Positions 14,064 to 25,573 of a DNA stretch of 64,000 nt are shown one piece after another. The DNA lies in the NCBI RefSeq assembly GCF_018977255.1, contig NW_024704743.1:47680001-47744000 (forward strand), read 5' to 3'. Made by a program: the position numbers and the translations under genes. The stretch is from Callorhinchus milii. Its lineage: Eukaryota. Below the pieces are notes generated by a model that was not told the origin of the DNA, searched no databases, and saw only the letters and a list, made by a program, of their open reading frames with translations. Each line of letters starts with the position of its first letter. Position 1 is the first letter of the stretch.

Positions 14064-14390
14064 CAGTGTGGTCCAACAGGCCGCATCCGGTCCGGCAGGT
14101 GATTTTATCCAGCCCAAGACCATTTCCAATGTTCAAACTTCTGCTCCCTCCCTCCGTGGTGAACGTCCTCCTATGGCCACGGCAGGAGCTGGCGGTTGGG
14201 AGGATGCAGTGCGGAAAGTGGAAATAATACCGACCTTACTGTAGTCTATCAGGAAGACAAGTACGTCTCTTACCAACCCCGTCCTTAACAACCGCCGGCT
14301 CCTGCCTCTGCAGGTAGTGAACCAGAGGTAAGAGTGCTGCCAATACAGCCAAGCAGAGAGGTGCCAAGCTGATGGATTCCCCCGATATCA
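14064..14390 (+). mobile_element. Possible hAT/Charlie-type DNA transposon end
   Basis: Starts cagtgtggtccaacaggccgcatccggtccggc, resembling Charlie-type termini. The other end was not found. Confidence 0.4.
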
Positions 14391-14419
14391 TATACGGTTA
14401 CTACACTTTACAATATATC

Positions 14420-14735
14420 CTGCAAAGCCCTTTGTGACATCCTCTTGACGTGGAATTAGCTTCGGATGAGACATTAAATCGAGGCCCCATCTGCTTGTTT
14501 GGGTGGATGTTAAAGATTCCATGACACTGCTTGAAAAGAGAAGGGAGTTTCTCCCAGTTCCTGGCCAACAATCACCCAAATAAAATTGTTCACTCACACC
14601 AATGCTGTTTATGAGACATTGCTGTGTGCAAATTGGCTACTGTGTTTGCCCACAAAACACAGTTACACCACTTTACAATATATCCTGTGGAAAGGCATGA
14701 TACCAAATGCAGTGATTATGATTATTTGTTTTATT
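14420..14735 (+). mobile_element. Deu-domain SINE fragment
   Basis: ttcggatgagacattaaatcgaggcccc...gaaaagagaagggagtttctcccag followed by the shared tail. Confidence 0.7.
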
Positions 14736-15160
14736 ATTATTATACTATTCTCACTCAAACAATATTACAAGACTTTAAGTCAGACTCTAAGGAGCGGGTT
14801 GCCAAATTTGTAGGATCAAGACACAAGGAAATCTGAACATAATTGAGAGGATTGATTTTCTTGCAAATTGGATCTTCAAAATGTGTTAACCCACTGTGAT
14901 TTATTTTTCAAATCGAGCTCATTCATGCAGCCTCTTTCACATCAGGAGGACATCCCAACGCGCTTAACAGTGCTGCCTTGGCACCTAAGCTGGGGTGGGT
15001 GCCGAGAGTGTTGGGGAGGGGAAAGATGATCACAATGCACAGTCTAAAAGGTAGGTCTTGAGATAGAACTTGAAAGAGGTGAATGAGGGAGCGAGTTGAA
15101 GTGAAGGCAGATAATTTATACTATCTTTTCAGGCCAGCAATAAACATTTTAAGTTATATT

Positions 15161-15535
15161 AATAATAATAGTACTTGCATTTGATATAGCACCTTATCAC
15201 ATCTTCGAGACATCTCAAAGCGCTTCACAGAATATACTGTAAAGTGAATTGACCATATATTTTGTGGGTGAAACGCAGTAACCAATTGTGCACAGCAGTG
15301 TCCCACAAACAGTCATGGATTGAGTGCCCAAATTATATATTTATTTTAATAATTTTTTTGAAGGGATTATTATCCTCGGAAAAGCGATCCGCCAATCGAC
15401 TAACAACCGGGTTCTTACTTACTGCTAGGTAAACAGAGTAGAAAACTTGCCCAACATTTTGCCCTGCCTGGGAATCGAACCCATGTTCTCTTGCTTGAGA
15501 GGCGAATTCTCTAACCACTGAGTCTCAGGACTCCA
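15161..15535 (-). mobile_element. Full-length tRNA-derived SINE, long subfamily
   Basis: Tail, body and complete head ending ...ctaaccactgagtctcaggactcca. Confidence 0.88.
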
Positions 15536-15599
15536 CATTTGTCTGACAAGCTGAGGTTTAAGCATATTCAGATAGTATAGTTGGATTACAATGCAAAAT

Positions 15600-16650
15600 T
15601 ACATTTGTCTAGTGCCTTTCACATTGGGAGGATGTCCTTGGCACTAGACAGTCAGGGATTTGGTGCGAATTGGGGGTGGGTGGGGAGGGGCGGGGTTTGG
15701 CAAGGTTGTGGTGGGCCTTGAAGGCGAGGATGAGGATTTTGAACTCTATCCTCTGGGGGGATGGGGAGCCATTGGAGCTGAGCGAGGGTGGGGTTGATGG
15801 GGTCACGGAACCTAGTGCGGGAGAGGACACAACCTGCAAAGTTCTGGATGATCTGCAGTTTGTGGAGTGAAGAGTTGGGAAGGCTGACAAGCAGAGAGTT
15901 GGCGTAGTCCAGCCTAGATGTGATGAATGCATGAATGAGGGTTCCGGTGGCTTGCGGGATGAGGCAGTGGCAGAGCCGGGTGATAATAATAATAATAATA
16001 ATCCTTGCATTTGATATAGCGCTTTTCACGTCGGGAGGACGTCCCAAAGCGCTTCACAGAACACACTGTAAAGTGAATTGACTGTATATTTGTGGGCAAA
16101 CGCGGCAGCCAATTGCGCACAGCAGTGTCCCACAAACAGTCGTAGATTGAAAATGACCAATTTATTATTGTTTTTGGTTTTGGAGGGATTATTATTAGGC
16201 GTGTGGTGTGGCAGTAGCAGAGATGGGCGATATTGCGGAAGTGGGGGGTGGCAGAGCGGGTCATGACCCAGATGTGGGGTAGAAAGGAGAGTTGAGGGTC
16301 ATACAAGATGCCAGGTTCCAGACTGGCTTACAACAACAACTAAATTACATTTGTATAGCACCTTTCACGTTGGGAGGAAGTCCCAAGGCGCTGGACAGTC
16401 AGTGTTTCGGACCTGAGCTGGGAGTTGAGATTGGGGAGGGTGGAGGGCATGGGGTAATGTCGGGTGATCGAAAGCACGGCCTAGTAAGGTGGAGTGTATA
16501 TCCTTGGATGATGATGCTGCCAGTGCCTGAGGTATGGAGGCAGGTAGATGGAGTTTCGTGTCATCCATATACATGTGGAAGTTGACCCTATGTCTGCGGA
16601 TGATGTCACCAAGAGGGAGCATGTACAAATTGAAGAGGCATTCAAGAGGA
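15600..16650 (-). mobile_element. L2 ORF2 fragment with a nested SINE (15983-16208) and a nested L2 tail (about 16330-16478)
   Basis: [18 protein letters not shown] and [27 protein letters not shown] remnants are broken by two insertions. Confidence 0.85.
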
Positions 16651-17460
16651 AGCTCGATCTTCACATTATGGAGAGGGGAATGGAAGGGTATGGGAGGGTA
16701 AATGAATGGGTAAAGACTTTTGTGGAGTATAAACACTGGCACGGACTGGTTGGCCCGAGTGGCCTGTTTCATTGTTGTACATTCTTTGTGCCCGAGCAGG
16801 CGTAAGGGCGGATGGAATGTACAAACAGAAAGTTTGTACTATTATAATTTGTTATAATAATGTTTGACTATAGTCAGTTTGAATTTGGCGAGAGATATAT
16901 TCTGTTTGGCTTTATTTGGATATGTTTCAATGTTTATTCAGGTGATGCACTGTGCCTTATTGAACTGTGTATTGTTGAGAATCCTAAATTTATATCTAGT
17001 GAGCCAAAAAGGATTTGCTGCTGAACAGCCTCTCTATTCATCTATTATCTATGCCCAGGATCAATATAGAATTATGGAAATATTTGCCAAAAATTGAAGA
17101 GAGAAATTACAAATTTGGGGGGAAATTGCAGGGAGTTAGTTGGTGTTATTGATAGGGACATTTTACTGCCAACCTCCATTTTTTCACTTTATTGATAAAA
17201 ACTAAACATGAAGAAACAACACATATTAGATTGTTGCAAAAAAAAGATTAATGCTTTCTTTGATAAAATCTGTGTAGCCCACTCAGTGGACACAACAACG
17301 CAGGCCCAAAGGGCCGAATGGTCAGTTCCCACCCCGCACTGCATTTGAAGGCCTGGAGATCCACCAAACACCCAAAGCCACCATGTCCTGCCTCTCTGGG
17401 CCACCACCGCACATAACCACAGAGGCACACACTCACAGACACACACAACCATAGAAACAC

Positions 17461-19835
17461 TCACAGAAAGAGAGAGACACACACACAATCACAGATAGAG
17501 AGAGACACACACACAATCACAGATAGAGAGAGACACACACACAATCGCAGATAGAGAGAGAGACACACACACACAATCACAGATAGAGAGAGACACACAC
17601 ACACACACAATCGCAGATAGAGAGAGAGACACACACACACAATCACAGATAGAGAGAAACACACACACACACAATCACAGATAGAGAGAAACACACACAC
17701 ACACAATCGCAGATAGAGAAAGAGACACACACACACAATCACAGATAGAGAGAGACACACACACACACAATCGCAGATAGAGAGAGAGACACACACACAC
17801 AATCACAGATAGAGAGAGACACACACACACACAATCGCAGATAGAGAGAGAGACACACACACACAATCACAGATAGAGAGAGACACACACAATCACAGAT
17901 AGAGAGAGAGACACACACACACAATCACAGATAGAGAGACACACGCATAATCACAGATAGAGAGAGAGACACACAAACACAGATAGAGAGAGACACACAC
18001 ACACAATCGCAGATAGAGAGAGACACACTCACAGATAGAGAGAGAAACACACACAATCACAGATAGAGAGACACACACACAATCACAGATAGAGAGAGAG
18101 AGACACAATCACAGATAGAGAGACACACACAATCACAGATAGAGAGAGAAACACACACACAATCATAGATAGAAAGACACACACACAATCACAGATAGAG
18201 AGAGAGACACACAATCACAGATAGAGAGAGACAAACACACACAATCACAGATAGAGAGAGACACACAATCACAGATAAGAGACACACAATCACAGATAGA
18301 GAGAGACACACACACACAATCACAGATAGAGAGAGACACACACTATCACAGATAGAGAGAGAAACACACACAATCACAGATAGAGAGACACACACACAAT
18401 CACAGATAGAGAGAGAAACACACACACAATCACAGATAGAGAGAGAGACACACAATCACAGATAGAGAGAGACACACACTATCACAGATAGAGAGAGACA
18501 CACACACACAATCACAGATAGAGAGAGACACACACACACTATCACAGATAGAGAGAGACACACACACACAATCACAGATAGAGACCCACACACAATCACA
18601 GATAAGAGACACACAATCACAGATAGAGAGAGAAACACACACACAATCACAGATAGAGAGAGAGACACACAATCACAGATAGAGAGAGACACACACTATC
18701 ACAGATAGAGAGAGACACACACACACAATCACAGATAGAGAGAGACACACACTATCACAGATAGAGAGAGACACACACACACAATCACAGATAGAGAGAG
18801 ACACACACTGTCACAGATAGAGAGAGACACACACACACAATCACAGATAGAGGCACACACACAATCACAGATAAGAGACACACAATCACAGATAGAGACA
18901 CACACACACAATCACAGATAGAGACACACACACAATCACAGATAGAGAGAGACACAAACACACAATCACAGATAGAGAGAGACACACACTATCACAGATA
19001 GAGAGAGAAACACACACACAATCACAGATAGAGAGACACACACACACAATCACAGATAGAGAGAGAGACACACAATCACAGATAGAGACACCCACACAAT
19101 CACAGATAAGAGACACACAATCACAGATAGAGAGAGACACACACACACAATCACAGATAGAGACACACACACAATCACAGATAGAGAGAGACACACACAC
19201 ACAATCACAGATAGAGACACACACACTATCACAGATAGAGAGAGACACAAACACACAATCACAGATAGAGAGAGACACACACTATCACAGATAGAGAGAG
19301 AAACACACACACAATCATAGATAGAGAGACACACAATCACAGATAGAGAGAGACACACACTATCACAGATAGAGAGAGACACAGACACACAATCACAGAT
19401 AGAGAGAGACACACACTATCACAGATAGAGAGAGACACACACACACAATCACAGATAGAGACACACACACACACACACAATCACAGATAGAGAGAGAGAC
19501 ACACACACAATCACAGATAAGAGACACACAATCACAGATAGAGAGAGACACACACAATCACAGATAGAGAGAGACACACACTATCACAGATAGAGAGAGA
19601 CACAAACACACAATCACAGATAAGAGACACACAATCACAGATAGAGAGAGACACACACAATCACAGATAGAGAGAGACACAAACACACAATCGCAGATAG
19701 AGAGAGACACACACACACAATCAGAGACACACTCACAGACACAGATACACACACAGACAGAGAAAGAGACACACATACAGAAAAGTGACACATACTCACA
19801 GACACAGAGAGAGACACAGACAGAGGAAAGACACA
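17461..19835. repeat. Compound micro/minisatellite, unit (AC)n-AATCACAGAT-(AG)n of about 22-34 bp, about 2.3 kb long
   Basis: Seen directly. It explains the many CVCVSLS ORFs. Confidence 0.97.
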
Positions 19836-20067
19836 CTGACAACCTCAACAGCGGGGCCTCTGGCTGAGTGAAGCCCATTTCCCTCCCGCACTGTGAATGC
19901 ACATCCGGAGCCCACAGTAGCGGCGTTGGGTAAACAACCGGGGCACCGAGCTCACTGTTTGTACAGATGTGTATCGGAGGGTGTTTTTTGTAGGGGAGGG
20001 TGTTGTCAGTAGGGAATGGGTCTGTGTGTAGGGAAGGGGTGTGTTTGTAGGGGAAGGGGGTGTTTAG

Positions 20068-20612
20068 GAACATAGAACTTAGGAGCAGGAGTAGGCCATT
20101 CGGCCCCTCGAGCCTGCCCTGCCATTCAATAAGATCATGGCTGATCTTCTGACCTAACTCTGATTACCTGCCCTATCCCCATATCCCCTAATCCCTCTGT
20201 TTTTTAAAAAACATCTATCAGTCTCAGCCTTGAAAATGTTCAAGGACTGAGCATCTACAGCCTTCTGGGGTAGTGAATTCCATAAATTCACTACCCTCTG
20301 AGTGAAGAAATGTTTCCTCAACTCTGTTCGAAAAGGCTGACCCTTAATCTTAAGACTGTGACCCCTGGTTATAGATTCTCCTACCAGGGGAAACAGACCC
20401 TCAGTGTCTACTCTGTCAAGCCCCATAAGAATCTTATATGTTTCTATAAGATCTTCCCTAATTCTTCTAGATTCTAGAGAATATAGGTCTAGTTTACTCA
20501 ACCGATCCTCATAGGTCAACTCCCTCATCCAGGAACCAACTTAGTGAATCTACCCCCTCTAAGGCGAGTATGTCCTTTCTTAAATAAGGAGACCAAAACT
20601 GCACACAGTGTT
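20068..20612 (-). mobile_element. CR1 LINE 3' end
   Basis: Encodes CVQFWSPYLRKD and EDRLSKLDLYSLESRRIREDLIETYKIL...FFTQRVVNLWNSLP. The 3' UTR ends tggcctactcctgctcctaagttctatgttc. Confidence 0.93.
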
Positions 20613-20626
20613 GGTGTCTGCACACA

Positions 20627-23071
20627 GGCGGGTGTTTGTAGGGGAGTGGAGTGTTTGTAGGGGAGGCGGGTGTTTGTAGGGAAGGCGGGTGTTTGTAGGG
20701 AAGGCGGGTGTTTGTAGGTGAGTGGGGTGTTTGTAGGGGAGTAGGGTGTTTGTAGGGGAGGGTGGTGTTGTAGGGGAGTGGGCTGTTTGTAGGTGAGTGG
20801 GGTGTTTGTAGGGGAGTAGGGTGTTTGTAGGGGAGGCGGGTGTTTGTAGGGGAGGGTGGTGTTTGTAGGGAAGGCGGGTGTTTGTAGGGGAGGCGGGTGT
20901 TTGTAGGTGAGTGGGGTGTTTGTAGGGGAGTGGGCTGTTTGTAGGGGAGGCGGGTGTTTGTAGGGGAGGCGGGTGTTTGTAGGGGAGGCGGGTGTTTGTA
21001 GGGGAGTGGGCTGTTTGTAGGGGAGGCGGGTGTTTGTAGGGGAGTGGGCTGTTTGTAGGGGAGGCGGGTGTTTGTAGGTGAGTGGGGTGTTTGTAGGGGA
21101 GTGGGCTGTTTGTAGGGGAGGCGGGTGTTTGTAGGTGAGTGGGGTGTTTGTAGGTGAGTGGGGTGTTTGTAGGGGAGGCGGGTGTTTGTAGGTGAGTGGG
21201 GTGTTTGTAGGGAAGGTGGGTGTTTGTAGGTGAGTGGGGTGTTTGTAGGGGAGGCGGGTGTTTGTAGGTGAGTGGGGTGTTTGTAGGGAAGGTGGGTGTT
21301 TGTAGGTGAGTGGGGTGTTTGTAGGTGAGTGGGGTGTTTGTAGGGAAGGCGGTGTTTGTAGGTGAGTGGGGTGTTTGTAGGGAAGGCGGGTGTTTGTAGA
21401 GGAATGCGGTGTTTGTAGGGGAGTAGGGTGTTTGTAGAGAAAGCGGGTGTTTGTAGGGGAGTGGGCTGTTTGTAGGGGAGTGGGCTGTTTGTAGGGGAGG
21501 CGGGTGTTTGTAGGGGAGTAGGGTGTTTGTAGGGGAGGCGGGTGTTTGTAGGGGAGGCGGGTGTTTGTAGGGGAGTGGGCTGTTTGTAGGGGAGGCGGGT
21601 GTTTGTAGGGGAGTGGGCTGTTTGTAGGGAAGGCGGGTGTTTGTAGGGGAGTGGGCTGTTTGTAGGGAAGGCGGGTGTTTGTAGGGGAGTGGGGTGTTTG
21701 TAGGGGAGGCGGGTGTTTGTAGGGGAGGCGGGTGTTTGTAGGTGAGTGGGGTGTTTGTAGGGGAGGCGGGTGTTTGTAGGTGAGTGGGGTGTTTGTAGGT
21801 GAGTGGGGTGTTTGTAGGGGAGGCGGGTGTTTGTAGGGGAGGCGGGTGTTTGTAGGTGAGTGGGGTGTTTGTAGGGGAGTGGGCTGTTTGTAGGGAAGGC
21901 GGGTGTTTGTAGGGGAGTGGGGTGTTTGTAGGGGAGGCGGGTGTTTGTAGGTGAGTGGGCTGTTTGTAGGGGAGGCGGGTGTTTGTAGGTGAGTGGGGTG
22001 TTTGTAGGTGAGTGGGGTGTTTGTAGGGGAGGCGGGTGTTTGTAGGTGAGTGGGGTGTTTGTAGGGGAGGCGGGTGTTTGTAGGTGAGTGGGGTGTTTGT
22101 AGGTGAGTGGGGTGTTTGTAGGGGAGGCGGGTGTTTGTAGGGGAGGCGGGTGTTTGTAGGTGAGTGGGGTGTTTGTAGGTGAGTGGGGTGTTGTAGGGGA
22201 GGCGGGTGTTTGTAGGTGAGTGGGGTGTTTGTAGGGGAGTGGGGTGTTTGTAGGGAAGGTGGGTGTTTGTAGGGGAGTGGGCTGTTTGTAGGGGAGTGGG
22301 GTGTTTGTAGGGAAGGTGGGTGTTTGTAGGTGAGTGGGGTGTTTGTAGGGGAGGCGGGTGTTTGTAGGTGAGTGGGGTGTTTGTAGGTGAGTGGGGTGTT
22401 TGTAGGGGAGGCGGGTGTTTGTAGGGGAGGCGGGTGTTTGTAGGGGAGGCGGGTGTTTGTAGGGGAGTGGAGTGTTTGTAGAGGAGAAGGTTGTTTGTAG
22501 GGGAGTGGGGTGTTTGTAGGTGAGTGGGCTGTTTGTAGGGGAGGCGGGTGTTTGTAGGGGAGGCGGGTGTTTGTAGGTGAGTGGGGTGTTTGTAGGGAAG
22601 GCGGGTGTTTGTAGGGGAGGCGGATGTTTGTAGGGGAGGCGGGTGTTTGTAGGGGAGGCGGATGTTTGTGGGGGAGGCGGATGTTTGTAGGGGAGGCGGA
22701 TGTTTGTAGGGGAGGCGGGTGTTTGTAGGGAAGGCGGGTGTTTGTAGGGGAGGCGGGTGTTTGTAGGGGAGGCGGATGTTTGTAGGGGAGGCGGGTGTTT
22801 GTAGGGGAGGCGGGTGTTTGTAGGGGAGTGGAGTGTTTGTAGAGGAGAAGGTTGTTTGTAGGGGAGTGGGTGTTTGTAGGTGAGTGGGCTGTTTGTAGGG
22901 AGGCGGGTGTTTGTAGGGGAGCGGGTGTTTGTAGGTGAGTGGGGTGTTTGTAGGGAAGGCGGGTGTTTGTAGGGGAGGCGGATGTTTGTAGGGGAGGCGG
23001 GTGTTTGTAGGGAGGCGGATGTTTGTAGGGGAGGCGGATGTTTGTAGGGGAGGGTGGTGTTTGTAGGGGAG
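20627..23071. repeat. G-rich 19 bp minisatellite (TGTTTGTAGGGGAGGCGGG and variants), roughly 125-130 units
   Basis: The 19 nt period is read directly (TGTTTG at 21543, 21562, 21581). The 19 aa periodicity of the spurious minus-strand ORFs agrees. Confidence 0.97.
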
Positions 23072-24039
23072 ATGGGTACCTGATTCTGCAGAAAAATTGC
23101 AGCCACACTTTTCTATTGGCTCAGCCTATGACTTCAGTCTATTTATGAACAAAGTAAGAAATTGGCAGAAAAACATACATAATACAGAATACCTTCTTGT
23201 ATAAATTTGGCCCAGATCCAGTTATTCCTTACTTCAAATAAAAAACTGTTTCTGGTCTGGTTAAATAGAAAATGTAGGAGCGAACAGCATTGGTTATAAT
23301 GCCATAATCGCAGATATATGCTTATCTCTGTTGGAGAAACTTTAAATTGCCAGAAAATGACCCGCAATCAGAGGGACTGTAAAATTGAAGAATAAACAGT
23401 GATGCAGTAATAAGAAAATGTAAATACAAATATTTAAAATGAGAAAGGAAAAATAAAAATTGAAGATTACCGTTGTTTGAAAACAAATCTTCAGTGTTAA
23501 GTTAAACCATGTTCCAGCAATTAAGTGCATTGTATGGTATTTTAGTCACAATAATTCTTTGCATTTTGCTTAGCCATATAACTAGAAAAGATCCAGTTCA
23601 ACCCTTTCTCTATGTTAGGTTACCTCATTTTAGTTCCATGGCTGGACTAGTACATAAGATGGTTTTAAAGACTGGGCAAGGGAGGGGAAAATTGTTACAA
23701 TCCAGCCGTGTTATAACAAAATATTTGAGGTCTATAAAATGAGACTGCATTATAACTGGAGTGCAAACTAAAACTAATTTCCCTGAATTGCTGCTCACCA
23801 ATGGCACCAAGCCCCACTGCATCAACACAGGAAGCTGGCCAGTCAGTAGCCGCTCCTTCAGAATATTTTTGGGGTTGCTAAGAACAGGTGTCTACTATTT
23901 TACCATGTTAGACTGCTGTGATATATTATAACAGAGTTGGATTGTAATTATAATTGGTAATAATTAACATGAGTGATGATTATCACATTACATACTGCTA
24001 ATTGTTTTTACATCCACTCTGGTCATGAAATAAGGATTT

Positions 24040-24370
24040 GTTTCTGCCCACCACATCTTAAATATTCAGTCATCCTTATCAAAATATGCATTTTATATTT
24101 ACAACCAAGGAGTTTGATTTATCCACAGTAATGAAACCTGAACTATTGGTTCACCTTCCGTGTTCTGATCTTGGTCTACATTCCCTTGGTCTGGATTTTT
24201 TTTGACAATCTTCAACATAATATTAATATAGTTCAGTTTATTATTACCCATTAGGATCTTGAATACTTCAATAAGATTTCCCTCAAGCCTTCCTTTCTTT
24301 AGTGTGAACATGCCTAACTTCTATAGGCTTTCCTGATAACTCAAGTGCCTAATTCCAGCTATCACTTTTA
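24040..24370 (-). mobile_element. Old CR1 3' fragment
   Basis: MFTLKKGRLEGNLIEVFKILMG resembles the CR1 motif LFSLEKRRLRGDLIEVFKI. Confidence 0.65.
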
Positions 24371-25248
24371 CGCAGTATACAGTACACTCTTATACTCTGC
24401 CTTACCACCTGTCTCATGAACCAGTCACTGTTCCTTCTGTGATAATTTTTGGACACCCATCCTATCCTCCTGGTTGTCCTTGCTCTGACCACTTCAGCTC
24501 TCGCAAATTGAAATTGTCATGGTTTTCACAATGCAGTTTCCTGCAGCTTCTCTTCATTTTCTCAATAGCTCTCTATCTCCTTGTTCATCTTGAGCTGGGG
24601 GTTGATAGTAGTTGCTTATTATTATTTTGTTTTCTTTTTCATTACAAATTTGCTATCATTACTATCAAGTTACTTTGATTATCTTATATAGCAATAGCAA
24701 TTTGCTTTTATGTACCGCCTTTTCACATAGGGCAACATTTCAAAATGCTTTACAGAGGATGTGCTGGATACTGAGCAGGGAAGGATGGAGAAGAAGGGAG
24801 GTTTTTCAGATGTATGCTCTTAAAGACGACAGAGGGAAATTTGGCCAGATTTAGCGAGGGAGTTCAAGAGTAGAGACATTGCAGCTAAAGGCTTGGCTAC
24901 CATTGCTGGGCAGTGGGGTAAAGATCTTGAAGTCAAAGAGCTCCGAGATGCTACCTTGCATGAAGGCACAATATAAATGCAACTTGTGTTGTCAATCCAC
25001 TGACATTCACTGGGTGTGAGATAGGGACAAGAGTAGGCAATGTGGTGAAGACATAGTCTTGGTCAGGGAATAGATGTAAGGAAAAAAGAGAACTGAAAGT
25101 TGAAAAGAACATCAAGGTCGCACTCTGGCTCAGCAAGTTGGAGAAAGCATCCCAAAAAGTTGAGGTTATTGGAACCAGAGGCAAGGATCCTTCCCTACTC
25201 CTCCAGCCAGCTTCTTGGGTCTTTCTTTGTGAAATATTTTTTACCCTT

Positions 25249-25573
25249 ATAATAATAATGATAATAATCCTTGCATTTGATATAGTGCTTTTCACGTCTT
25301 CTAGATGTCCCAAAGCGCTTCACAGATTATACTGTAAATTGAATTGACTGTATATTTGTGGGCGAACGCGGCAGCCAATTGCGCACAGCAATGTCCCACA
25401 AACAGTCGTAGATTGAAAATGAACAATTTATTATTGTTTCGTTTTTTTGGAGGGATCATTATTAGGTGTGTGGAGTAAGGAAACTTGCCCAAGGTTTCGC
25501 CCTCTGACTGGAATTGAACTCAGGTCTCTCACTTGCAAAGCGAGTGCTCTAACCACTGAGCTACAGGACTCCA
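25249..25573 (-). mobile_element. Full-length tRNA-derived SINE, short subfamily
   Basis: Reverse complement of the 11085-11386 type, with an intact head. Confidence 0.9.

Larger units (their letters stand above)
17056..23124. mobile_element. Non-autonomous TIR element, homologous to 57936-58368, that contains both tandem arrays and a CR1 fragment
   Basis: Left part (gaaatatttgccaaaaattg...tttggggggaaattgcagggagttagttggtgttattg) and right end (agaaaaattgcagccacacttttctattggctcag) match the ends of the compact copy. Confidence 0.6.

Noticed and set aside
17461..19835. CRISPR-like look (constant core with variable spacers) and Cys/Val-rich ORFs
   Set aside because: The spacers are only (AG)n(AC)n length variants, not unique sequences. 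There are no cas genes and the context is a vertebrate intron.
20509..23108. 865 aa and 842 aa Pro/Thr-rich minus-strand ORFs (extensin or mucin-like)
   Set aside because: They are translations of a 19 bp minisatellite that lacks stop codons on that strand. Several frames are open, the start codons are non-ATG, and the ORFs run into a CR1 fragment.
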